A stretch of DNA of 64,000 bases from Chrysemys picta bellii (lineage: Eukaryota), in NCBI RefSeq assembly GCF_011386835.1, contig NC_088793.1, positions 19,282,001-19,346,000 of the forward strand, written 5' to 3'. The translations under genes and the position numbers were made by a program. Of the stretch, positions 26,092 to 38,185 are shown piece by piece. The notes below the pieces were generated by a model. That model saw only the letters and a program-made list of their open reading frames with translations. It had not been told where the DNA came from and searched no databases. Within the stretch, counting starts at the first letter, position 1, and each line of letters starts with the position of its first letter.

Positions 26092-26316
26092 AAAAGCAAC
26101 AGCGGGTCCTGTGGCACCTTTGAGACTAACAGAAGTACTGGGAGCATAAGCTTTCGTGGGTAAGAACCTCACTTCCTCAGATGTCTTGCATCTGAAGAAG
26201 TGAGGTTCTTACCCACGAAAGCTTATGCTCCCAGTACTTCTGTTAGTCTCAAAGGTGCCACAGGACCTTCTGTTGCTTTTTACAGATTCAGACTAACACG
26301 GCTACCCCTCTGATAC
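26092..26316. mobile_element. Palindromic Penelope-like (pLTR-derived) non-autonomous retroelement with hammerhead cores
   Basis: About 92-bp inverted arms (26092-26183 / 26189-26280, 3 mismatches), a 36-nt tail, and TSD TTAAATATCAAA at 26083-26094 and 26317-26328. Confidence 0.85.
26188..26228 (+). ncRNA. Minimal type I hammerhead ribozyme motif (Penelope-type)
   Basis: GCAU-CUGAAGA-A-GUG(agguucuuacc)CAC-GAAA-GC-UU-AUGC. Stem I is GCAU/AUGC, the CUGANGA and GAAA core is intact, and stem III is the palindrome AAGCUU. Activity is untested. Confidence 0.6.
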
Positions 26317-28288
26317 TTAAATATCAAAGAAAGCATGATCTTCTCACAGCCATCATGCGAGCAGAAAAGGAGGCTGTTGAGTACATTATTCACTATGAAT
26401 TATTCTCTCAGCTCTACTACACGTACCTGAAAACATTGACAGCAAATCAAGAAGAAACAGTGATAGGGTTGTGGTCGGGCTGCTACACTGCATTTCGTTT
26501 TTAGCCCCATAGTTTTGTTACTTGATTGAGAACAAAACAGATCCCAGTCACGACGAGTCTCTAGCTGGCTGGCTGTAAGGTAACTGCTCATTACTGTTAG
26601 CCACACTTAGTGTCAATTAATAGTCCAGCTACTTATGGTGCAATACATTCCTTAGGCCCTGATTCAACAAAACATAGACGCACATGCTTACTTCAATGTG
26701 ACTTAAGCCTGCGCTTAAGGGGTTTGCTCATTCATAGCCTCTTAAAGATTTTTACAGAGGTTCACTGACCACATTCAGTAAGGACATTAGTGAGTATAGT
26801 TAGGAGTAAATCATGTATGTGTTAAGATTTGATGGATTTTATTCCATATTTTGCCCTGCTCTGAATACCCCAAACTTTGACAAAGTTTAGATCAAGGGGC
26901 AGGTCCAAATATTATGCCTCAGGCCCTTTTCAAATACTGAATTAACTTGTGGCATAAAGCAAGCGAAAGGTGCATACATCAGAGCTTTCAATTATGCGTT
27001 TCAGCACCAAGCCATGTATTCCTAGTTTTTCATAGTCTTGAGTCATACTAAAGTATGTACGACAGGAGCCTCGGTGCTAGGATGTGCCCTGTCAGCTGCT
27101 GTCTATGGCAGCCCCTCTAAGGATGCATAGAACACCTGGAGGGAGGGAGGAGAAGAGAAGCCGGTATGTTAATTCTGACTTGATCCTGCAAGGTGCAAAG
27201 CGCTTCTGTGTGATGCTGAACAGGATCAAGCAGCATCAAGTTCCAAAGTTCCGTGATTTTGGAGCGGGGGGAATAATGCCACTGAGAACAGCTGCCCTGG
27301 TCACCTTCCCACCCATCCCACTCCAACACCACAGAGTCCAGTTCCTGCAAAGCACACAGTGAAGGAGGTCCTGTGGGGCTAGGAGGAATAGGTTACAATG
27401 CACTGAACCTGGAACTCATCTCTTCTGTGCTCCTCCAGCAGGGATCTACCGGATTTTTAACCCCTTCAGCCAGGGATGGGATGGGATGCTGTGGCCCTTA
27501 ATATGGCTATGTGCAGTAGACTGCTAATACCATCCTGAGCATTTGCTGCAGCTAGAACTGGGAAACAGAGAGGAGAGATATTTTACTATCCCTTAGGATA
27601 CAATTAGTGTTATGGGATTCCAACTGAATGTGATAAAATGCCATTGCAAACACGACACTCTGAAGATGTCATTTGATGATTATAATTAACACATGGCATA
27701 CTACTCTGAGTATGAAGGTAACTGGAAAAGGGGCAAACTCACTTAGAAAATGTAAGCAGAAAATGTGTGAGATTGAATCAGGTCTGGAAAGGTTTTAATT
27801 AGTGTGACCCTAATTGAACTGATTCGGAAGGCAATTCCAACTGGGCAGAGTGTAAAAAAATCAGCGTGTGCTATTTTCCCATGCATTGGCTCTGTCTTTC
27901 CAAGCTGAAATAAGGTGAGTTATCCTGTTAACATCAGCGATTCACAGGGAATTGGCTCACAGGGAACAACTGATGGTATTTTATGGCTGTTTTCAGCCTG
28001 AGGGCTTGCCTATGCTTGAAACACTACAGCTGCACTGCTCTACCTGTGCCAATGAGAGGATTCTTCCATCACTGCAGTAACCCACCTCCCTGAGAGGCTG
28101 TCTTAACGGGGACTTAGGTTGTCTTAACTATGTTGCTCAGAGGTGTGGATTTTTCACAGCCCTGAGCAGCCTCGCTGGGTAAATCTGAAGTTGCATTGGT
28201 GTGTATCATCTTTGCAGGAAGTATTCTGCCTGGCTCCCATGCAATGTAGCTTACATTCTCTAGAATATAAACTTGTTCAACACGTTTA

Positions 28289-28563
28289 GGACATGTCTAC
28301 ACCGCAGTGAGGCGGTGTGATTGCTGCACGTGTAGATATAGATCAAAACTAGCTTGAGTAAGAACAGCCGGGCCGCTGCAGCAGCACGGGTGGTGGCCAC
28401 TCCAGTATGTACCCAGGGTCCTATGTGGGCACAGCTAGCCCATGCAGCTGTCCATGCTGCTGCAGCTTCACTGTTATTGCTACTCAAGCTAGCTGGCTAT
28501 GTAGACCAAATCTAGCTCATGTATGTCTATACATGCGGCATCATAGCTCCCAGAGACATACCC
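28289..28563. mobile_element. PIF/Harbinger-type MITE
   Basis: GGACATGTCTACAC...GAGACATACCC termini with a TTA TSD on both sides. Confidence 0.8.
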
Positions 28564-29179
28564 TTACAGTGAAACCCTGATCCAGAGCTTTTGGTAACGA
28601 AATGCAAGAAGTCATTTCTTGCCATGTATTGGTATCTGCACTATACAGACCTTCACATTTCATTCTTATTCCTACCAATGCCCTAGGAGCAGAGGTCAAC
28701 TAGTTCTGAATTATCATAGTTGAAAACATGGTGCTCATCTAGACCTGATTGTACATCCAGCGGTAGCGTCATCCACCCAGTGAAGTCAGTGGCAAAATCT
28801 CCACCCATTCAGGATCAGGCTCCTACTTTGTCTCTTATATTTCAGTAGCACCTAGAGGCCCCACCACTGCACAAACACAGAGCAAGGGTCAGTCCCTCCT
28901 CTGAAGAGTTTTGACAATGTAAATAGTCAAGACAGACAAAAAGCAGGAGGGGAAGCAGAGGCATAGAACAGAGAAGTGACTTGCCAAAGCAGCATGTAAG
29001 TGCCAGAGCCCGGAAGATGATGCCAGCCAAGACAGGGGTGATGCTGGTGGACAGAGGGAAGCACTTTAGAGAGTTTGTACCCAGGGTGAAGTTCCTTTGC
29101 TTAACAATTCACACGCACAATTGGTCAATTCAAGTAATCGTTTAGGAGAGATCTCAGATTCTTTGCTTACGGTACGATC

Positions 29180-29930
29180 TCACATAGAAGCAAAGTCAGC
29201 CATGCTTTCTACCATCCAGCTGGCTAGGAGATTCCAGCCCACCATGGAGGATGATGAATTGGCCTCGGTTATAGACGTCTTTGTCACTTGCCATCTGGAC
29301 TACAGCAATGTAATATACCTGGGCATGAAGCCAACAACACTTAGGAAACTCCAACGGCTACAGAATGCTGCAGTAGGTATCCTAAGCAACACATCAGACC
29401 TGTCATCCAACCTCCATGCTGGCTTCCCATAGAACATTGAGTCAAGTTCAAGTTCTTGGTCCTTATCTTCCAGATGCTCAATAGCCTGGACCCAGTATAT
29501 GCAAAGATTACCTCAAACTCCAGAATGAAGACTGTAATTGACAACTCCATGCCTTCAGGCCCAATGGAACAGGCTACCATAAGAGAGAAGCTCATCTGTG
29601 CAGAAGAAAGAGCTTGCTCAGGGGTCAGTGGAAGACTCCCAAAGGAAGACTCCCAAAGGAACCACCGCCCCTCACAAACCTCATCATCTTCCACTCCAGG
29701 TGCAAGACTCACTCCTTCCATCTGCCATCTCTAATATAAACGCAGAGCAGCATGTGCATTTTAAAAAACAAAACTCTCCACTGCACACACATTTCTCCTC
29801 CTGGAGAGAGAGGATGAGGGAGAAAACGAACCATACATAACACACTTTAATCACCTGGAGTAATGCTCTACCGGGAAGTGCTCAGATACTACAGTGATAA
29901 GGGTGGTATAAGAATCTATATAGGATAGAA
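29180..29930 (+). mobile_element. L2-clade LINE 3' fragment
   Basis: HLDYSNVIYLGMKPTTLRKLQRLQNAAV motif. The 3' UTR is shared with 43230-43555. Confidence 0.8.
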
Positions 29931-32131
29931 TGGGAAGAGAGGTCCCTTCAGTCCCAATCTGGTGTCCTACCACTCTTCAGTGGCTGATTGTGGCTAGGAG
30001 ACACTGTAAAGTGCATTCAAAGGTACAAGGTGGTTTCTGACATCATCCCATTTTCTGCATCATTAAAACTTCCCGGAACATTCATTCTGGGGGGGGGGGG
30101 GGAATTTTCCGCACTGACGTTCTGCTGGCAGCTGAATTTGTTTGAAAAAATGAAGGCAAAAATCACTTTGACCATTTTTGAGTTACCGTAGAACTAAAAA
30201 AAAATACTGCCCCATTATAAGACTATTCTATCCACCATATTTACATAATTTGAACAAGGCAACCCCAGATTTCAGACTTCAGCTATTTTTGTTAAGGACA
30301 CACAGCTCACCCCTTCTGCCTTTGAAGTCTATGGATGTTTTGATACTGACTTCAATGGAAGCAGTCAAACCTATATCCCTTTGTTCGGCTGATATTTTTT
30401 TAATGTTATATGCTATTGTATAAACACTTCTGAGCATGCTCATGAGGCCTCTGCTAAGATTGTTAATGACAGCTAGTGAAGCTCCAGTTCTTTAGTGATA
30501 TCTCAGTGCACATCCAACAGGGGTTGGCAAACACAGGAGTTACTGTCAGGATAGTTTACGTTAGGGTGATTGTAAATGTTTCATAGAAACTTACACAGAA
30601 AAATCCTCCAAGCCTCTTTGCTCCCTTGGCATCAAGGAAAAGAAAAAATAGTTCAACCCATGATTTGGGGGATTATTTTGTTCTGGAGCCTAGAGTATTG
30701 CAAAATTTTTCAACTTTCATTCAAAAAAAAGTTTGTTTTCCATTGCAGAAATACAGCTCTCACTGTGGGCCCAGTTCGACCATCCTTACCAATGGGATTA
30801 CTCATGGAGTAAGATATTATGTACACTTTATCAACAAAGATCATGTTACCTTGTCCATCCCATCTGATAGAAAACCATTTCAAGTTAAACAACAAGAGCA
30901 TCAAGGGCAGAAACTTTGGCCCAAAACCTCATTTTGGCCCACAACCTCTGTTGAAGTGTGAATTTCGTAGCCTAATTAAGAGCATGCAAATACCAACATT
31001 AATAAGCACTGGACATTTCTTTCACCTTCAAAAATACATTAAATTCAAAAAATGAAGTTAATGAAAGTGTGTATTTTAGATTTGCTCAGTTAGAATCCAT
31101 CTTGCCCTCCCGCTGAAAATCAGAAAAGCAAAAATTAAGGTTCTAAAACCAATGTTAATGAAGATGTAGGCCAAAATCTTCAAATTTAAGGCCTAAACAT
31201 ACCCATTATTAGTGCTTTTAATTAGAATAAAAAGTTTATTTTAAAGAAATGAACCTTCCTCTGCCATGTTTGCAACCAATAATATTTTGCAAAATTGTGC
31301 TAGTACATGAAAACCTAAAAGTGCAGCTGTCTACAGAGAAAAACGAGTTTCGCCTAGTAGGTTTTCTTCTCTTTGCCCAAACTGATGGAAATGCTAAAAT
31401 GAACAGACAGCATGAATAGCGAGAAGAAAATCAGATGTTTAACACAAATGGTTGCAAATGTAGTTCTTTTGGCTGGTGCTACGCTTACTGAAAACAATGA
31501 TCAAGTCCAGATCTTCAAAGGTGACAGTTAGCAGCCTAAATACCTTTGAAAATCTGGGCCCCATTGCAGGATCAATGCCTAATTGTTTATGCGTTTGTTA
31601 TTCGTAAGTTCACTGGAAATTTGAAGGAAAAGTTTTCAGTTTATGGGAAATAATTTGTTTGTGTATTTGTTTTTTAGAGTGCTTTATTGGTCACCACAGT
31701 CACATGGTAATATTTTTTGCTCTCTGATAGATGACACAACAGCATTACAACTCATAACTGATAACGACTACATAGAGGAGGGTATGAACGTGGCTGAATG
31801 ATTTTGATGAAACGCTGCAGGTTAAGGTGTTTATGTCCATCTATTTGTAACATAGACGAGGTCCTTTTTTTTTTTTTTTTAAAACAGCATATCATTTTCA
31901 CTCTTTCTGTGTCCCTTTAAGTTTCATTATTTTATTTAATGTTAGTTTGTGTGAATTTAACATTAGATGTTGTTAATTAATGAAAATGTTTAGGCTACAG
32001 GCAATTTTACCATGCTGTGAATAAACACCTCACATCATAGTTGTTCTTCTTTTTTGCCCCATCAAACTGCCTCGTTCCTGAAATCTGATGATTTTTTCTG
32101 AAATTATATCATGAGGATATTTGTGTTACAA

Positions 32132-32545
32132 TGTGACACAGGGCTGGGAGCTAGCAGGTAAGCCAACACTTTGGTACCAATCAGTTTCCCTGGGGAAGGC
32201 TGACTGGGGATATGCAACTAATTAGCTGATCAGGCTGGGAGGGCTGGTGAACCAAGTAGTCTTCAGATGAGGGATATAAAGAAAGCACAGGAAGGAAATG
32301 AGAGGGGAGGCTCTGGGTTAGCTGAGCCCAATATATTCTAAGGTCTTAAGGATGATAGACCATTCCTCTCTGGCCCTGTGGGAGAAAGGTAAAGAGCAAG
32401 GAACATTGTAAAAACTTTGCTGCACAAGACTATATAGGTGTTGGTGATGGGAATATAAATAAATTCACATGAAGTTGCCACTTGCTGGAGAATCTGAGAG
32501 GTTTCTGGGGCATCCGTGGATGGGGATGGAGTGTACCCCATTACA
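32132..32545 (+). mobile_element. Solo LTR (414 bp)
   Basis: TGTGACA...ATTACA termini, 5-bp TSD TACAA (32127-32131 and 32546-32550), internal TATAAA and AATAAA. Confidence 0.8.
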
Positions 32546-33399
32546 TACAATCTTTTACTGAGCCTGAAATTCTATGCCAAATGTACTATGCTATTCAGTA
32601 AAAATATATATTGTTTAATATTTGAATTCTCCCTTTCTTCAAATAGAAAGACGCCTTGTATTTCAGTGAGTTTCCTGTCCATATTTAATTTTTGCATGAA
32701 TGAATGATTTCTCTACGTTCTTAAAAGAAAACACGATTCACAATCTTTTGAAAGGCAAATGTAGATCTCAGACTTAGGCAGTACAGAGAACTGAAACCTC
32801 CTCCCACACAACCTGTCTGGTGAAGAGGGCATGTCAGGAACTGGAAGGGGCAAGTTTGAGTTAAGGAGGAATGTGCAGAGGGACTGTCTGGAAGGCACTG
32901 TGCTCCAGCTGCCATATGGTGCCTAGGAGAATATAGCCAGGAGGCCCCGTTTAGTCTGCTATATTCAGCCAAAAACTCTACTGAGGTAAATTTGAAGTCA
33001 ATGGGGCTGTGCCAGTTTACAGCAGCAGAACATTTGGCTCATTGACCAATAGGATATTTGAACTGCTCAAGGGCAATTTTTAATATGCTAAGTAGTTTCC
33101 TTTTTTAAAATGTAAAATTACAGGTCCCACTCAGCAGGAAATGAAATCAAATTGATCAAATAAATGTTATATCATCATCAAATGCTAGGCTTACACCAAG
33201 TGGCACGTTTTTTTTCTTTTGGACTAAGATAAAGACCGTCTTCTTTTATAATTGTTCTTATTGAAATGCCCACACAGAGCTTTAAATAGATATATCCACA
33301 GATGCAGTTAATAATTTTTCATAGTTTGTCTCAAATGGCTCATACTAACTAGCTCTCAGCGCTTTTCCTCGGCAGTTCTCAAAAGAATATACAATGGAG

Positions 33400-33525
33400 A
33401 TTAGTATCATTTATCCCCATTTTACAGCTGGGAAAACTGAGGCATAGAGAGGGGAAATGACTTGTCCAAGGTCACCCAGCAGGACAGGTCTCCTGAATTC
33501 TAGTCTAGTAGCCTATTCACTAAGT
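33400..33525 (-). mobile_element. MIR/CORE-SINE remnant
   Basis: ccccattttacagctgggaaaactgaggcatagagaggggaaatgacttgtccaaggtcaccca core motif. Confidence 0.75.
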
Positions 33526-33859
33526 CAGCTGTAAAAATGGGCTCAGGACAGAAACTTGGCACCAAATGTCCTAGCTGGATGCAATTACTTTTGAAAAATT
33601 CAAAGAAAAAGTCATTGGTTTTTCTCTGAGATGCAAAGATGCAGAAAGAATGGAAGTTTGGGGGTTGCCTAACATTTTTCTGTGCTTTTTTTTAAAACAA
33701 ACCCATTTCTGTTTGAAGGGAATTTTGTAGCTTATTGGACACTGATGTGAACTAGTTACTTTGGGCCACGTTTCTAACCTTAGCTGCATCCAAGCACCCT
33801 CATTTACTTTAGTGAGGCTGTGCACAAGAGAATGTAGCTCATTATTATTATTTGAATTA

Positions 33860-34351
33860 CCGTAGCACTGAGGTCCCCCAGTCTAGGCAGGGAGAGGGGA
33901 CCTGAGAGCTCGGGGGCGGGGCAGCTGTGCTTCCAGTGGGGAATGGGGAGCTAAGCGTGGAGGGGGCAGCTGTGCTCCCGGCAGGGTGCTGAGAACCTGG
34001 GGAGACAGCCCCCGTGCTTCCAACGGGGAGCCAAGAGCCTTGGGGCAGCACACAGGCTCCTGGCAGGGAGTCTAGTTGCAGCCAGGCTCCCAGCAGGGAA
34101 TGGGGAGCTGGGACCCCGGGGAACAGCCCGGCTGGGAGTGGGGAGTGGGCCAGGTGCAGCCTGGCTCTGAGCGGGGAGCTGAGATCCTGAAGGCCCAGGC
34201 TCTCAACACCATCCTCCTTTAAGTTGGTGGAAGTGCTCCGGGTGAGGATGTGCACCACCCACAGAAGAAGGGCAGTGTGGACATGAACTACCACAGTAAC
34301 TACTGCCGTGCCTATGTTAGGTCGACTTAACTTTTTAGTGTAGGCGTACCC
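33860..34351. mobile_element. Truncated Harbinger-type element with a GC-rich interior
   Basis: Right end agtgtaggcgtaccc followed by tta. The left TIR was not found. Confidence 0.6.
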
Positions 34352-35420
34352 TTAGTGTTTTGAAATCTGAACTGGAGAGTTGGGGGGGGGGGGAGGTGGA
34401 GGCAGAGTGTGAGGGGAGAAAGGGGCATGGCCTAGCCTCAAAGAGAAAATGGCCTCAGGGAGAGGCCAATAAAAACTTCTGCTCCTCCACTGGGGAGGTA
34501 GAGAGAAAATGGGAACACTTCTATATACATGGCACTAGGGGGAGCTGGTTATAGCATAGGGGAGAACAAAGGGAGAGCACAAAGATGAACTCCAGCACTC
34601 CTCCTTGACTACTAGATTTAGGTAGAACACCCAGTTAGACTGTTGGCCATAGGAGAAGATCTGTACATTGGAACTAAAATGAGGTTGACGCTGTGGTCTA
34701 GTGGCAGCATTATGCACTGCTCCATGGGGAATGTAAATCTGGGTCTTGAGTTTGGGTCTTTGCTTCCTACTCCAGGAAGGGCAAGGGGTGTGTGTGTATC
34801 ATGAACAGGGGCACTAGGAGACAGGATACTTAGCCTCTAGGGTGGGGCGGGGAGACTTTCCCAGTGCTTCCTAGAACCTCCTTCTAACTGACTGAAGTTT
34901 CAGAACCAACAGGCTCTGGGAGAAGCTGTAGCCAGCTCTGTTTTCTGTCAGAAGGGGTGGGATGTATAGGGGCTCTGATGTGGGAAATAGAAGACATCTT
35001 GAAGGACATGCCTAAAAAATCCCAAAAGGCCCCCCCCTCCCGCACCCTTTGTGAAGTGCTGAATGCTTCGTGCAAGCTGCTAGGTGCTCTGCACTCCCGA
35101 TAGCTTGAATGAGAGCTGCAGACACGCAGCACTTTGTACTTATTTTTCAGCACCCAAAAGCGTTCATGATGATGGTGCTTAAAATGGGGATTTGCTGCAT
35201 ATAAATGAGGCATATTCTAGTCTGAACGCTCAGTTTGATGTGGATTCCATACGGACCCTTCTTAATGCAGGGACCAATCCTGGCTGTCCTTTCCAAGAGT
35301 GTGTGCAGTCCAAGATGGAACAATAATGACATGTTCCTGTTCCAAAGGGAGACTAGGCTGCAGACAGCCCGCATGGGGTGGAGGAGTCTGTCACCCCTTG
35401 TTCTGAAGTGTTGTTTTATC

Positions 35421-35562
35421 TAGAATCATAGAATATCAGGGTTGGAAGGGACCTCAGGAGGTCATCTAGTCCACCCCCTGCTCAAAGCAGGACCAATCCC
35501 CAGACAGATTTTTACCCCAGTTCCCTAAATGGCCCCCTCAAGGATTGAACTCACAACCCTAG
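35421..35562 (-). mobile_element. Tortoise-type PolIII SINE, head truncated
   Basis: CR1-like tail plus ccctcaaggattgaactcacaaccct (B-box region), homologous to 635-827. Confidence 0.85.
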
Positions 35563-36214
35563 GCAATTGTGGGGGTATTTTGGGTGATGGATGAGCTGGG
35601 GAATAGGACAAGATGCTTCTGTTCTCCCCAAAGCTTGCATAGCTCCTGCCTTCAAAATCCTCTTACTGGGTGAGATGGGATAGGTCAGGATTTAGCCTTA
35701 GAGTTTCCGTATTCCCATTATACGATGGCATTGCAGGACCTAGGTCATATTTCACATGACATGCTTCACACATGTTCTAGTTCTCCTTTAACTCTGAATT
35801 TCCTTCCTAGTGAACTTTTATTGTGTTGCGTCAGAGCCTTTCTTCCCATACTTTTGGTTTTGGTGGGTGAAGAATATATTTCCCCATCTCATCATGTTGT
35901 GGTGTCTTTTCCTAGCACTGCATACCTATATTTGCTCATGAAGGGCCTAACCTTGGTTGGCCTTAATACCCACAGGGACATCAGTGGGAACTAGAAACAC
36001 TCAGGACCTTGTTCTGTTTTGAATGTGTATCAAAAAACAATTAAGCAGTAAACCCAACAACCTAGTATTATAATTAATAGTAATGTACTAAATTGAATAG
36101 TTCAGGAAATGTATAGAGATGATATCAAACAGATTTTGTGTGGTACCTCCTTAAAGACAATGGGTCAGATCTTAGTTCAGTATGGAGTAACTCTACTGAA
36201 GCTGATGGAGTTAC

Positions 36215-37099
36215 TAGGGTTGCCAGGTGTCCAGTTTTAAGGGGACCTGTACAGACTCTGGTCAGAAGTACTGACTGGACACCAGAAGTCCGGTTACTGC
36301 AATTCCGATGTCGCCCCCCCACCCAGCCAGCCCAAGCCCCTTTAAAACCCAAGCACTGGTCTCAGAGCCGGGGAAGGGCAGAGCTGGAGGGACCCCTGCT
36401 GTTAGTCCTGGCAGGGCTGGGGAAAAGACACTTCCTCTTCCCCTGCATGGGCTGCTCCCGGGGCTCGGTCACAACCACCTTCGGGAACCTTCCCTGGCTA
36501 CAGAAAGCTCTGCCCCCATCACTCCTTGCAAACTCTTTGCCTCTGAGCCGCTGCTAGACAGAGCAGGAGAGACATGGCCTCCCTCTTCTCTTTCTGGTGA
36601 GTTGAGCCTTTGGTTGGGTGTGGCTCGGGTAAAGGTACCAGCACCTTGTGTGCTGGGAACACCCCCTCATGCTGGTCCCAGCAGCTCATAGTAGTTTCGC
36701 TTTGCTGGGGGAGATTGTTAAAGGAAGCCCCTGCACTTTCAATCTGAAGCCACTCTATCAAAGTGGCATTTCAGGGCAGGACATTGTGGAGAATGAGGGC
36801 AGGAGCTCCCTTCCAGGTGCTTGGGCTCTGCCTTGGAACGCAAGTGCTGCTACAAATGGAAGGGTTTGTTTGCTCTGAACTGTATGCCAACAATCCCAAG
36901 TCAAAGCCAGTTTCCCTTCTCCCCGTGGCCCCCCTCATCCATCCCATTTGTAAATGTATCTTGCTAGTATCTCCACTGCTGCTGGCGAGTCTGTGTTGTG
37001 CCCGTTTGACAATGTATATGCTGGAAAGTATTTGGGGCAGAAAATTTTGATCATAGCTGTAGTGTCCAGTTTTGAGAGATTGGAAAGTTAGCAACCCTA
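36215..37099. mobile_element. hAT non-autonomous element (885 bp)
   Basis: TIRs TAGGGTTGCCA / TTAGCAACCCTA, and an 8-bp TSD GGAGTTAC (36207-36214) / GGAGTTAT (37100-37107). Confidence 0.82.
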
Positions 37100-38005
37100 G
37101 GAGTTATGCCTGAGTCAAACTATGTAATTTAAGAACAGAATATGGTACCGAGATGGAAAAATAGCAGATCAAATGATACCGAACTACTGTATTGCGTATA
37201 CATTCCTATTTTTTACCATTAGAGAAAATGTGAGAGTCTGCGATGCAAAAATAAACCCGGATAAGCATAAAAGGTTGGTGAGTAATTTCCTAAAGAGAAA
37301 TAGTATGGAATAAAAAGATGAGAACAATAACTCTGAAAACAGTATCTTGAAAATCTATTTACTATTAATAAAATTATGCATGCAAAATGCCATGCATTCA
37401 TACCTAGTTTGGCCCTAAAAATTGTTACTCTATTAAGTAATAATGTATGAAATACCCAGTTCTGGACCTAGGGTTAATCCCGTAGTTCTAACATAAGTGA
37501 TAAAGGATTAGATTAGCTGGAATGGGAAAGTGCAATGGGTAATTACAAAATGAAAAATGTCCTCATCACAACCTCCCGAACAGTTCTGCATAAATGCAGC
37601 AAAATGTTAAAGGCCAAAATCTGATTTTAGCTACACTGGAGAATTTGGCTCCACGTTTAAAGGGTGGAAAGACAAATTTCCAATGTTTTCTCCTTTTCTC
37701 TTCCACAAGGGACCTAGAAATGTTTATGAGAATGCAAAATGTTGTTCACTTTGATACAATTAATGCCCTTTTTAAAAGGAGGGAATAATTAGGACATTCT
37801 TCCTGACAGTAGGGTTGAACACTAGCAGTTTTCACAGGGAGAGGCCTGCATTTTTGGAGGTTTTGTCCCCCAAACTTCACAGTTGTGCCTTAGAGGTTCA
37901 GGTTTAGTGGGGAAAGGCTGCCAGGTACTGGTGAATTTTCCTTTAAGGGCTGGAAACTACACATTCTAAAGGTACAGACTGAAGTCAGTAATGCCCTACA
38001 ATTAA

Positions 38006-38185
38006 AGATGGGTCCAAACCAAAACCCAAATCCAAATATTCCCCAACACCCAAACTTTAACAGAGTTTTTATATGGATCTCAACTTGTGCAGATAGCCCC
38101 AATATCATTATATCTTGGGCCAAACCCTGGATCTAGGAGCTTGAACTTTGCATCTGGATTCCAATTTTGCAATTTGGACCCATCT
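38006..38185. mobile_element. MITE with 13-bp TIRs
   Basis: AGATGGGTCCAAA / TTTGGACCCATCT termini. Confidence 0.65.

Noticed and set aside
26350-26503. Plus-strand open frame IMRAEKEAVEYIIHYELFSQLYY...AFRF* after a cag acceptor
   Set aside because: Only about 50 codons, no recognisable homology, and no partner exons identified.
35235-35423. WIPYG...PILAVLSKS peptide reminiscent of opsin TM6/TM7, given the expected OPN5 neighbour
   Set aside because: Motif spacing is too short, there is no NPxxY, no suitable splice sites, and no other opsin exons were found.
35757-35777. p53-response-element-like TGACATGCTT-c-ACACATGTTC (human PTCHD4 is a p53 target)
   Set aside because: Two mismatches and a spacer. 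Matches of this quality are expected by chance in 64 kb, and there is no supporting evidence.
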